Assembly: GCA_964106645.2 (NCBI GenBank)
Contig: OZ067041.1
Direction: 5' to 3' (one strand)
Source: Podarcis pityusensis
Lineage: Eukaryota
DNA: 64,000 bases
Shown here: one piece after another, positions 13,601-22,377 of the stretch
Numbering within the stretch: the first letter of the stretch is position 1
Layout: each line of letters begins with the position of its first letter
Translations under genes and position numbers: made by a program
The notes under the pieces: generated by a model
Told to the model about the DNA's origin: nothing
What the model saw: the letters and a program-made list of their open reading frames with translations, nothing else
The model's database searches: none

Positions 13601-16600
13601 CTGGAGCATTCAATAAACGACTAGAGGCAACTGCTGAACTGGCAGAAACAGAAGATGACGAGGGTGGCTCATTACGAATACTTCTACTTCCAGGTGAAGT
13701 TTTGTTAGTCACTGTCCTATTGTTTCTCTCTAAATTAGCTGCCGGTGGTGTAGATGCTACTGATGACACCACTGGTGAGGCTATTGCCAAAGATGCGACA
13801 GAAACAGAGCTTTTGTTGACTAAGGTTGCTAGATTGGTTTGTGAAGGAATATTAGGCATGTCACTAGCCATGTTGAATGGGAGACATAGTGAACGGGTGG
13901 AAACAATTGTAGGAAGTGGTGGACTCTGCCTGTGCACAGGGGGCTGTGATTCAGGTTGAAGGGTGTGTGGAACTGGCTTAACCGCAGATCTGGTCAAAAT
14001 AGGAGCTCTTTGTAGCTTAACCTTCATGGGTTGGCTCTGACATCCATGCCCAGGGGGTAAGATCTGACTTGGCTTTCTTTCTGTTGCCTTCTGGATTCTG
14101 ATTTTTCCAGGCAAGAGATTTCTAGGACTTCTGTACGTAAACCTAAGTGGTCTCTGAAAAGGAGAGAAAAACATTGAGCAAACACTCCATTTTGCCACAC
14201 TGCTTGGCATTAGCCCCATTTGAAAAAGTGGAGATTATCAGGTGAGCACATACTGGAGGCAGGAGTACTCAAATGCTATGCTTTGAACGGAACTGAATTT
14301 ATATGTTCAGATTTGTTTTGCATCATGTTTTGTTAGCCATCTTAATCATAGTCTACAGTGGTACCTCGGGTTAAGTACTTTATTCATTCCGGAGGTCCGT
14401 ACTTAACCTGAAACTGTTCTTTAGCTAATGGGGCCTCCTGCTGCTGCCGTGCCGCCGGAGCACGATTTCTGTTCTCATTCTGAAGCAAAGTTCTTAACCT
14501 GAAGCACTATTTCTGGGTTAGCAGAGTCTGTAACCTGAAGCGTATGTAACCCGAGGTACCACTGTATTTGTAGCTCAAGCTATATAAAGTTATTTCAGCA
14601 ACTTTGAAAAAAGTTATACAATATAGGCTAGCCTTTTGTATGCAAACATTAGGTTTATGTTTTTGTGCAATGTTTTCTTATTACTATATACACAATCTTG
14701 CATTGTAATAGAAACCAAACTTGGGCCCTGTTAGGTGTACTGTGCTATCCCAAGCTGTACACAGTTATGTGCCTCTGGTACAGGGTTAGGGATGCACAGG
14801 ATGTTAGGATATTTCCGTTCCACCTTAAAAAGGACAGGCTGTTGTGAGTCACAGCCTGCGTACTTCCGGCTCACAGTAAGTTTCTGTTTTTGTATATAGT
14901 TTTTGTTTCTCTCTGTTGCCTTGACATGCAGTCAGGCAGTCATGTTCTTCCTTTGTTCTGACCAACGCTGAATAAAGCTGTAAATATGCTGCTCTCCTGA
15001 GTGCATCTTTCGTTGTGCGAACTCTGTGAAAAGGGCGTGCATGAGTCCTGGGATGTGGACAGCTATTTCCGAGGCTCGTGTCGCTAATTGACTGATACTG
15101 TATCTACGGGAGATTGATGGATCGTCCTGAGACGACGTGGAGTCATGATGGCCTTTGTCTCCCTAGCAGTATCCCAACACAGGGATGGGGGACCTGTGCC
15201 CTAGAGATACTGTTAGACTACAGCTCCAATCACTCCTGACCACTGGCTATGCTAGCCCATCCCTGCTCTAGTGCATGGCCAGATTAGAAGCTTAATGCCA
15301 TTTTTAAATCACAATGAAACACAATAAGAAAGACACCATTAAAGACAATTAGAAAATTAACAAAACATCAACAAAAACGAATTGCAACTACAGCAATTTA
15401 ATACTCACTGGTTTTAAAAGTAAAGGCTTTAACTGGGTGTGTTGCATTTCTGAGACCTTGCGATGAAGGCTCTCAAACTTCTCATCCAGTTTCAGAATGG
15501 CATCATACATGGCCTGCAAACATACATTTATTTATGTCAGATTGGAAGAGAGATTCAAAGCCAGCTGGAACTCAAGGGAGAAAACCAAGAAACTGGTGCC
15601 TAAACAGACCTTGTTTTGGAAGAACTTATAAAAGCAAGGATGGAGAACCATTAGTTGCTGGACTTGAACTCCTGTCTATCCCAGCCAATGGTGAGGGTGT
15701 AATGACATTTGGAGGGCCACACATTCCCTATCCATGACAAATGGCTTCTCAAACAAACAATGAAGGACGGCACAGTACCTGACAATAATTAAGGACTTCC
15801 ATAAGAGTTTTCTGCTGATCTCCTGCACATGAAGCTTCAGATACAACACTCCCCTAGTGTAAAGACAATGAAAATGTAACCCAGTCACAGGAATAATTGG
15901 AAACAAAAATGATAAAATAAAGCTCTCAAATTTAAAAGAAAGCAGTATTTTAATTTGCGCAGTTCCTCCTACAGAGAGGCTATAAATTATTTTTGGAAGT
16001 ATACATACACATTCATCATCAGGGTCGTATTCATAAATAACATCTCCATCTTCATATTCAGGCTCTTTGGCTCTCATCTAATAAAGATATTGAAATAAAG
16101 AATATAAATAACATAAATTATAACTGATATGGCACTTATAATCATTTGTTATTATTGTTCCGTGGGCTGACTAAGAAAAATTATTTTAATCCATACTAAG
16201 TTTTGTTAAGAAAAGCAGAACGCTGGTGCCACGCTGTGGATAAGAAATTCATTACATGGAAACGATCAATGTGCTCCACAGATACCGCTAATAGTTCATA
16301 GAAAGACAGTAAGCAGGGCTTATAGAAACAGTTTGAATTGTTATATTTTTGTGTCAGTTATTCGATAAAAGTTTATACAGTCATACCTCGGGTTACAGAC
16401 ACTTCAGGTTGCGTTTTTTTCGGGTTACAGACCGCTGAAACCCGGAAGTACTGGAACGGGTTACTTCCGGGGTTTGGAGGTCGTGCATGTGCAGAAGCGC
16501 CAAATCGCAATGCTCGCATGCGCAGACGTGCCACTGCGGGTTGCGAATGTGCATCCTGCACGGATCACGTTCGCAACCTGAGCGTCCACTGTATTTTAAT

Positions 16601-19600
16601 GCTGGGATAAGCTGATTTCAGTCTTTTGCAGTCTACTTAAAAAACAACCCCTAAAACCCTAGAATCTCTGTGACCCAAATTAAGTTATTAATCTGAGGTA
16701 CCACTGTACAAGTAATTTATTGGAATATACTTACCCCCGTTAAAGAGGATGCAAGTCGGCGCCTTTTACGTAAATAAACTAATTCCATTTGTTCTGGATT
16801 GCGACTGAGCCTTGGCGCACTTGTTGAAAGATTTTCCTGTGATCCAGCTTGCTCCTCTATATCCAATAAATCTTCATTACCTTCTAAAAATGTAAGTTAG
16901 GCAGTGTCTTAATAATGCCTTAGATACCACTCAAGAAAGATTTAATTTAGTTTTATACCTCACTATCCCAATTAATTAGTCTTCTCACAGAATGCTACAT
17001 TAAAAAAGTATTTCCAGAAAATTTGATTCACTGTGGGTAAGATTTCAAATCTGGCACTGGAAGGGTAGAAATCTGGAGGTCACAAGTTTTGGCTTGGCTA
17101 CAGTACCAAGGCCAGACAAAAATTATGCTTCCCTAGATAACATCGCTGAACCCCCCTATATGAAAAGTCATAATCATCTTTCAAAATGAAATTAAACATA
17201 ATTACCATATGTAAGATGAGTTACATAGCGACCATCACACTTCCCTTGAGTTTTAGGTCCATTTTCTGTATCTTCCATTTCTGAATCATCAATTATTACA
17301 GTGTTGTCATCATCTTCAGTGTGCACTGCAATATAGCCTAAAACATGTACACAGCAGGGGAGATGAATTAGATGCTATTAAGTACAGTAGTTTACACTTC
17401 TCTGTATAAGCCCAACAGCCCAATGTATCTACAATAAAAGCCTTTTATTGAACCATATAGTAGATTTTTTGTCTACTTTGCTTTATAATTTAAAATAACG
17501 TAAATAAAGCAGCCTTCTCTCCCCCCCCCCCCGCCCATTCAAGTTAATGGAAGAATTCGGTTGACTTGTACTACAATCACAAACCTCCACTTTCCACATG
17601 GAAAGTGAAGGTCTAGAGAAAATGGCTTTCAAATTAAGCACAGCTGCACGTTGATAAGTACTGCTCCTCCCAAGCAGTTATGACCATCCAGTCACCGAGA
17701 ATAAAACTTCATTCCCACAGATTAATTCTTATTCACCCAAGGTTAAAGAATAAAGATGAGGTGGGGCAGGGGGGAAGTGTAGTGAACCTGTTTAGCAGGT
17801 TTGAAGAGACTCGCAGTTATAATAGCAATAATAGCGTGCAGCTGATTCATATGGAAACGCACAGTAAAAGAACAATGCAATAAGTTCATCTTAAAAGTAG
17901 CCTGAAATATCACAAAATAAAGGGGCAGAAGTTAGGAGCATGCAATGTGTGCATCACACAAAACCAAGAATCAGCACTGTACTGTCCTTGGTGGAGGGAA
18001 TGCTGGATTGTGGATTGGACTCAGGTCTTGCATCACTCATTTACTTCCTTATTAATTGTTTGGGGTACATTTCACTTTGTACCTATTAGAGCTGCGCTTG
18101 CTTCACTTTTCCCTTGTCTCCCTTTTTATTTTAGGAGGGAGGCTTTGGGCAAAAAAACAAAAACAAGACTTTCCAGTGGTTATATTGGAAAGGATGATGT
18201 GTTCATTTGACTTTTAGATTATGCAAAGCACATGCATAGGCTTGCCCAATTACGCTCCTAATTGTCTCCTGAGTAGATTCCCCCCACTCTCACCAATCTA
18301 TTGAGCAAAGCACAGAATCCTAGTTTGACCTGGATACATAAAATAGGAGTTAATGAAATGTCTTATTGGATGCTAAGACTTACAGTACCCTATCATTAGG
18401 TATGAAGCACTTAAATTTTACCACAAGAATAAGTGTACCTCTTTTAAGGACACAAAACCCAAGGATCAATGACAGCCAAAGAAAAAGACATCAGAACAAA
18501 GATGACAGCTGTACCATTCAATATGGCTCCATTCAATGCTTTTGCGGGGGAAACCCCCTTTTTTAAAGGGAAAAATGTGTGTACTAAACACCCACCCACA
18601 CCCCGACACTTTATTTTTTCTGCTGCAAAGCAGGTCCATGCAGCTGCCTTGTTTCTGGTGTTAGAATGACAATACATGGCCTAATACTTCCTCATTTTTT
18701 AAAATGTGATCACAGTAACCACTATGTTTTAACTTTTGTGTTCAACATGGGTGTGAGACAATTTCTTGGTATGAACTCCCACCACTGGCTCTTTGGGATA
18801 CTGTCTGGATTTCCTCATTTTATCTTATTTGTTTAAATAATTGTTTGAAATAACAGTTTGGAAATGAAAGGGAAAAAATTAAGCACCTTTGGATGGAATA
18901 ATTTCACCTTTCCATTCTTGTTTTCAAAGACACCTTACAAAGTTATAGGAAAATTAAGCACACCACAAAGGTATAATTTCTACAACTCTCAGGAAGCTGC
19001 TGTTCTGAGCACAGGACTGGTTTTAGGTTTGATGTGGCCCTAAGCTACTGAAGGTAACGGGCCCTTTATATGTCCAGCTGTCCTTTGTCAACAGCAGCTG
19101 TTTTTTTGTGTTGAATATATGCTATATGGTAATTTATGGACCTAATAGGTATCTAAAGCCATTTGCACATAACAGGAGCCTACACAACACAAAACACTGT
19201 TGCTGTGTGTAGATTTTATTTTGTTTTTTATCTTATATTTTGGATATGTACATCCAGATTTTTTTCCCCTTTAAATTTTTTTGGGGCCCCCAAAAGAGTG
19301 GGGCCCTAAGCTATAGCTCGTTTAGCTTATACGTAAATCCGGCACTGTCTGCGCAGTCAGAACGGCCCTTTTACTCTCAGCTTTAAAGTTTAGATGGACG
19401 ACTGCGCTGCCATTGTACACACAACTGAGCGATGCTCATTTCTGAGGAAACACACGTAAGACCGCTCAGGGTGGCTGCAGTCTTGTGCCCCATCGAGCAC
19501 AGAGGGACACGGACCTGCGTCTCCCCGCTCCCTCCGCACGAGAACGGCTTCCTCGAGCCACCTGCCGTGCAAACGGCTTCCCGGTGTTCAACGGCAACGC

Positions 19601-20076
19601 ACGCGCACGCGCAGTGGCGAGGGAAGCATTTTCGTACATGCTCGGTTCCTTCGCGTAACACAGCTACAGAAGGTGGGCGCCCGCGTCCTCCCCACACTCC
19701 GCGCTCACCAAGGTAGCGAGATTTCATTATCCCCTCAGTTCAATAAGGTTTTATTCGCCCGCCAAAGAAATCTCAAGCCTGGCCTCGTTTTCCCCGCCCG
19801 TTAATCTCAAGCAGTCTTGGTTACCCCCCCCCCCCGCACACGAGTCGACGTAACGCTGACAGACAAGCGCGCTGCGCAATAGCAGCGCCGCTGAGCACGA
19901 AGCGGGCCAATAAGAGCTCAACACGGAGGTGGCACCTCGCGAACGGCTCGGCTGCTTGAGCAACGGCCGTTTGCGCGTCCAGCCGTTGGAAACGTTCCTT
20001 GTTTGCGCATGCGGGCAGGCGGCGGGTGGGCTCCCGGCTCCCTGTCCGTTTCTAGCTTCTTACCTTTGGCAGACAT
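7763..20076 (-). CDS. BEND2: BEN domain-containing protein 2, complete 12-exon gene, about 730 aa; join(20076-20064,17337-17233,16883-16735,16077-16009,15853-15779,15513-15409,14153-13385,12663-12463,10528-10407,9955-9766,9187-8984,7953-7763)
   Basis: Exon lengths 13+105+149+69+75+105+769+201+122+190+204+191=2193 nt (731 codons including the stop); all introns GT-AG with matching phases. The two BEN domains (FIGDPKRNVKV...LDPNKVAAIREFL...DWKTCITNVNAMIRCL and HLGNPSRNVQLP...LSARYLIRHLF...SNVYGNL...NKINALRDFLQETYP...DWKACVAAINSTIRSLR) match recalled human BEND2. NHS and BEND2 are also linked in mammals. Confidence 0.88.
8150..8850 (+). mobile_element. Old degraded L2/CR1-clade LINE fragments
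   Basis: ORF 8230..8466 (YRAAIRAAKKSYF) resembles LINE ORF2; followed by a degenerate L2-like 3' end (ctgtggaacgccct...). Confidence 0.45.
8984..9187 (-). CDS. BEND2: BEND2 exon 11 (BEN domain 2, N-terminal half)
   Basis: AHLGNPSRNVQLPFSVIFAAKGKTRPELSARYLIRHLFTENILIKSNVYGNLDRGTHPLDCNKINALR; not in the ORF track, read by hand; AG/GT sites, 204 nt. Confidence 0.92.
9766..9955 (-). CDS. BEND2: BEND2 exon 10 (inter-BEN linker)
   Basis: ITEGKEKAPEAPDTSMCVDL...SLEPM; ttcctag acceptor, ATGG|gtaagc donor, phase 0 to 1. Confidence 0.8.
10407..10528 (-). CDS. BEND2: BEND2 exon 9 (BEN domain 1, C-terminal half)
   Basis: EFLAAYFPSYDLSERGKDWKTCITNVNAMIRCLRYESKTSP; CCA|gtaagt donor. Confidence 0.92.
10614..11701 (-). 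mobile_element. 5'-truncated L2-clade LINE (reverse transcriptase C-terminal part plus (TTA)n tail), disrupted
   Basis: GVPQGS, QYADDTQLY, LRLNPDKTE, RLDYCNALY and HITPVLKDLHWLPV motifs; in-frame TAG at 11366-11368 and a frameshift near 11030; lies in BEND2 intron 8. Confidence 0.92.
12463..12663 (-). CDS. BEND2: BEND2 exon 8 (BEN domain 1, N-terminal half)
   Basis: EFIGDPKRNVKVLGNYLMKAWQKTVPKYAARYLVRVLFPKE...LDPNKVAAIR; AG/GT sites, 201 nt. Confidence 0.92.
13385..14153 (-). CDS. BEND2: BEND2 exon 7 (Ser/Pro/Thr-rich disordered region)
   Basis: Within ORF 13365..14219; ttttctctccttttcag acceptor, TTTG|gtgagt donor, 769 nt, phase 0 to 1. Confidence 0.85.
14356..14564. mobile_element. Tigger-like MITE
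   Basis: CAGTGGTACCTCGGGTTA TIRs, TA TSD; same family as the copies at 20797, 53866 and 59763. Confidence 0.88.
14802..15179 (+). mobile_element. Solo LTR (Gypsy-like, 378 bp) in BEND2 intron 6
   Basis: TGTTAGGATA...TATCCCAACA termini, cagga/caggg 5-bp TSD (4 of 5), internal AATAAA 14971-14976. Confidence 0.7.
15409..15513 (-). CDS. BEND2: BEND2 exon 6 (AMYDAILKLDEKFESLHRKVSEMQHTQLKPLLLKP, coiled-coil-like)
   Basis: tttgcag acceptor, CCA|gtgagt donor, 105 nt, phase 0-0. Confidence 0.8.
15779..15853 (-). CDS. BEND2: BEND2 exon 5 (GSVVSEASCAGDQQKTLMEVLNYCQ)
   Basis: tttacactag acceptor, CAG|gtactg donor, 75 nt, phase 0-0. Confidence 0.75.
16009..16077 (-). CDS. BEND2: BEND2 exon 4 (MRAKEPEYEDGDVIYEYDPDDEC)
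   Basis: ctttattag acceptor, TGT|gtatgt donor, 69 nt, phase 0-0. Confidence 0.7.
16378..16591. mobile_element. Tigger-like MITE with GCGCATGCGC-rich core
   Basis: TA-CAGTCATACCTCGGGTT...CCACTG-TA; related copy at 63874. Confidence 0.8.
16735..16883 (-). CDS. BEND2: BEND2 exon 3 (EGNEDLL...YLRKRRRLASSLTG, basic NLS-like motif)
   Basis: ctaac branch point plus tttttag acceptor (NAGNAG), GGG|gtaagt donor, 149-nt open frame, phase 1 to 0. Confidence 0.75.
17233..17337 (-). CDS. BEND2: BEND2 exon 2 (GYIAVHTEDDDNTVIIDDSEMEDTENGPKTQGKCD)
   Basis: ttttag acceptor; acidic N-terminus as in mammalian BEND2. The donor GATG|gtcgct is weak but is the only phase-1 option found. Confidence 0.65.
19012..19347. 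mobile_element. hAT-type MITE
   Basis: CAG...CTG ends (caggactggtttta / taaatccggcactg), 8-bp TSD tctgagca/tctgcgca. Confidence 0.7.
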
Positions 20077-20480
20077 GGTGCCGAAAGAGAGGAGGAGGGA
20101 GGGGAGCCGCGGACGGTCGCGACGCGGCGAGGCCCAGCGACGGAACAGACCCGGAGTCGGGACGCGGAAGCGGCTGCAGCGACGTGAGGCACAAAACAGT
20201 TTCGGTTACCCTTGCGGCTGCGCAGTGGGGACTTGGGCGCGTCTGGCAAACGGGCGGCCGAGGGAGGGCGCGCTGAGGTGGTGGCTTCGCCTGTCCCTTA
20301 CAGCGTTTGCGGGAAACGGCCTTGAGAGAGCGCCCTTCCCTCCGTCGCCTCTCCCACCCCACGAGATTTCAGGATGTGGTGACGGCAAGCACACGCTCAA
20401 CAGGCTCTGTTTTCTGCGGCACATGCAGCCGTCGCTGGCAGCGCCACTATTCCCTCGCTGCTCACTTGGTTCGGTTGTGA
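19350..20480. promoter_or_regulatory. CpG island / BEND2 promoter and first intron
   Basis: The only long GC- and CpG-dense non-repeat block; contains BEND2 exon 1, CCAAT 19907-19911, NRF1-type TGCGCATGCG 20004-20013, E2F-type sites at 19759-19766 and 20309-20316, and MYB-type YAACGG sites. Confidence 0.88.
20064..20076 (-). CDS. BEND2: BEND2 exon 1 coding part (MSAK/G)
   Basis: Minus strand reads ggcaccATGTCTGCCAAAG|gtaaga: good Kozak context, consensus donor, phase 1 matching exon 2; lies inside the CpG island. Confidence 0.8.
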
Positions 20481-20796
20481 GGGGATGGCAGAGGGATTCA
20501 AGGAATGAAAGAAACCAGTACCTTGATTATAAGAGTTGTAGGTGAATGGGCTCGCCAAGTTGCTTGCCTATAAGCAAATACTTACAGAGCACGAAGTGTT
20601 CTCTCACTGTTTTCAGATGTTGTAGTAGACATTATCTTAGGAGAGGCTTCCCTGAGTTAGGAAATGGGCCTTTTTTAAGCTAGTGCTTGCAGCCTGCAAT
20701 TTTCATAAGTACTTACATTCAAAATGATAAAATAAGATCCCTTGGGGCGGGTGTGTGTGTTGTGAGTTCTTCTCAAGTATCCACCTTCCCATAGTA

Positions 20797-21019
20797 CAGT
20801 GGTACCTTGGGTTACATACGCTTCAGGTTACAGACTCCGCTAACCCAGACATAGTGCTTCAGGTTAAGAACTTTGCTTCAGGATGAGAACAGAAATCGTG
20901 CTCCAGCGGTGCGGCAGCAGCAGGAGGCCCCATTAGCTAAAGTGGTGCTTCAGGTTAAGAACAGTTTCAGGTTAAGAACAGACCGGAACGAATTAAGTAC
21001 TTAACCTGAAGTACCACTG
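20797..21019. mobile_element. Tigger-like MITE
   Basis: CAGTGGTAC TIRs, TA TSD; inverted relative to the 14356 copy. Confidence 0.88.
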
Positions 21020-21836
21020 TACATATAAGACACATAGATAATTTCTACTATTTAGCATTTAGCAACAACAGAAGATTGAAATGTGCTGTTCTTGCACAAA
21101 AATATTTTTGATCACAATTTGATTTTGTTTTTGATTCCTGACAAGATAGACATAAAAGGGAAACTATGGGAACCGATGTGTGATTAGTGGGGCTTTCTTT
21201 CTGAGATTATTTGTAGCAGTGAAAGCCCTAAAATCTAGATTTCAAACTTTTTGACCGTAGCTAGCCTTAACAGCACACAAGCCACTGCATGTTTAGTAAG
21301 CAATAACTTGAACAAAGGCTTGAATCCTGAAGTCATTCACTAGAGAGCAAGGCCTGTTGAAGACAGTGAGGCTTCTGAGTCTGAGTAAACATGCATATGA
21401 TTGCATATACCCTGGAAGTTGGCCATTTATACTTGGAATGGTACAAAAGGACAAAGTAAAATCTGAGTAAAATAGCTATTAAGAAGCTGGTTTTGGTGTT
21501 TTAGTTTGATTTTGTTTGTTTGATATCACAAGTGCTCAGGGTTGGGTATAGCAGTAGTAAATTCAGAATAATAAAGGTGACGGTGTGTGCAAGTGGTATG
21601 AAGCTGGGGCTCTGCTATTGGTTGATGAACACTTGTGTAACTTTACCCTCTGCTTAATTTTCTTGTTTCTAGCACGTATCTGTTAGAAATGCTTTGTGGC
21701 CGAGTTGGGATTTTAACTTGCATCTAATGGTCCTAATCCAAACTCCTACATTATAACACTGAGCAAAGATGAAATCTGAACAATGCATAATGAACTTGTG
21801 GAATCTGGTGCCACAATAGATTATGATGACCTATAG

Positions 21837-21971
21837 CAAGAGTAGCCAATGTGGTTCCCCCCAGAAGTTTTTGGACTACAATACCCACAAGCCCCAGCCA
21901 GCATAACCAATGGGGAGGGATGATGGGAGTTGTAGTCTAACATCTGGAAGACACCACATTGGCTATCCCTG
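21837..21971. mobile_element. Palindromic hAT-like MITE (ggactaca...tgtagtc family)
   Basis: tagccaatgtggt...accacattggcta inverted ends; related pieces at about 15180-15270 and 51650-51815. Confidence 0.55.
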
Positions 21972-22377
21972 GCCTATAGTTTAGGTGGCTTTAAAAGGGG
22001 ATTAGACAAATCCTTGGAGGAGTCTGCTGCAATCATGTTCTCATGTACTTGGCGGTAAATCCCACTGAACTCAATGGACGGAGCTTCCTTCTGAGCAGAC
22101 ATACAGAGGATTGCACTATATGACTTATCGTTGGCGATAGATCAGGAGAGCTATCGTCTACTTCCGGGTTTAGAAGAGGCATAGATTTGAAGCACAATCT
22201 GGTAAGGAGCAACTGTAAGGAACGACCGTTGCTTTCATGCCCCTGTTTGTGAGCTTCCCAGAGACATTTGGTTGGCTGTGGTAGGAAAGGGGATGTTGGA
22301 TCAGGCAGACCTTTGGCAGACCTCTTGCATTGATTGCAGTGAAGCGAAGAGAATGGAGCAGTTTAATTGCAGTCACG

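Noticed and set aside
20003-20545. 180-aa Arg-rich plus-strand ORF and overlapping ORFs in the CpG island
   Set aside because: Expected from GC-rich, stop-poor sequence; no domain or downstream exons; the real signal is the minus-strand ATG/donor at 20076-20064.
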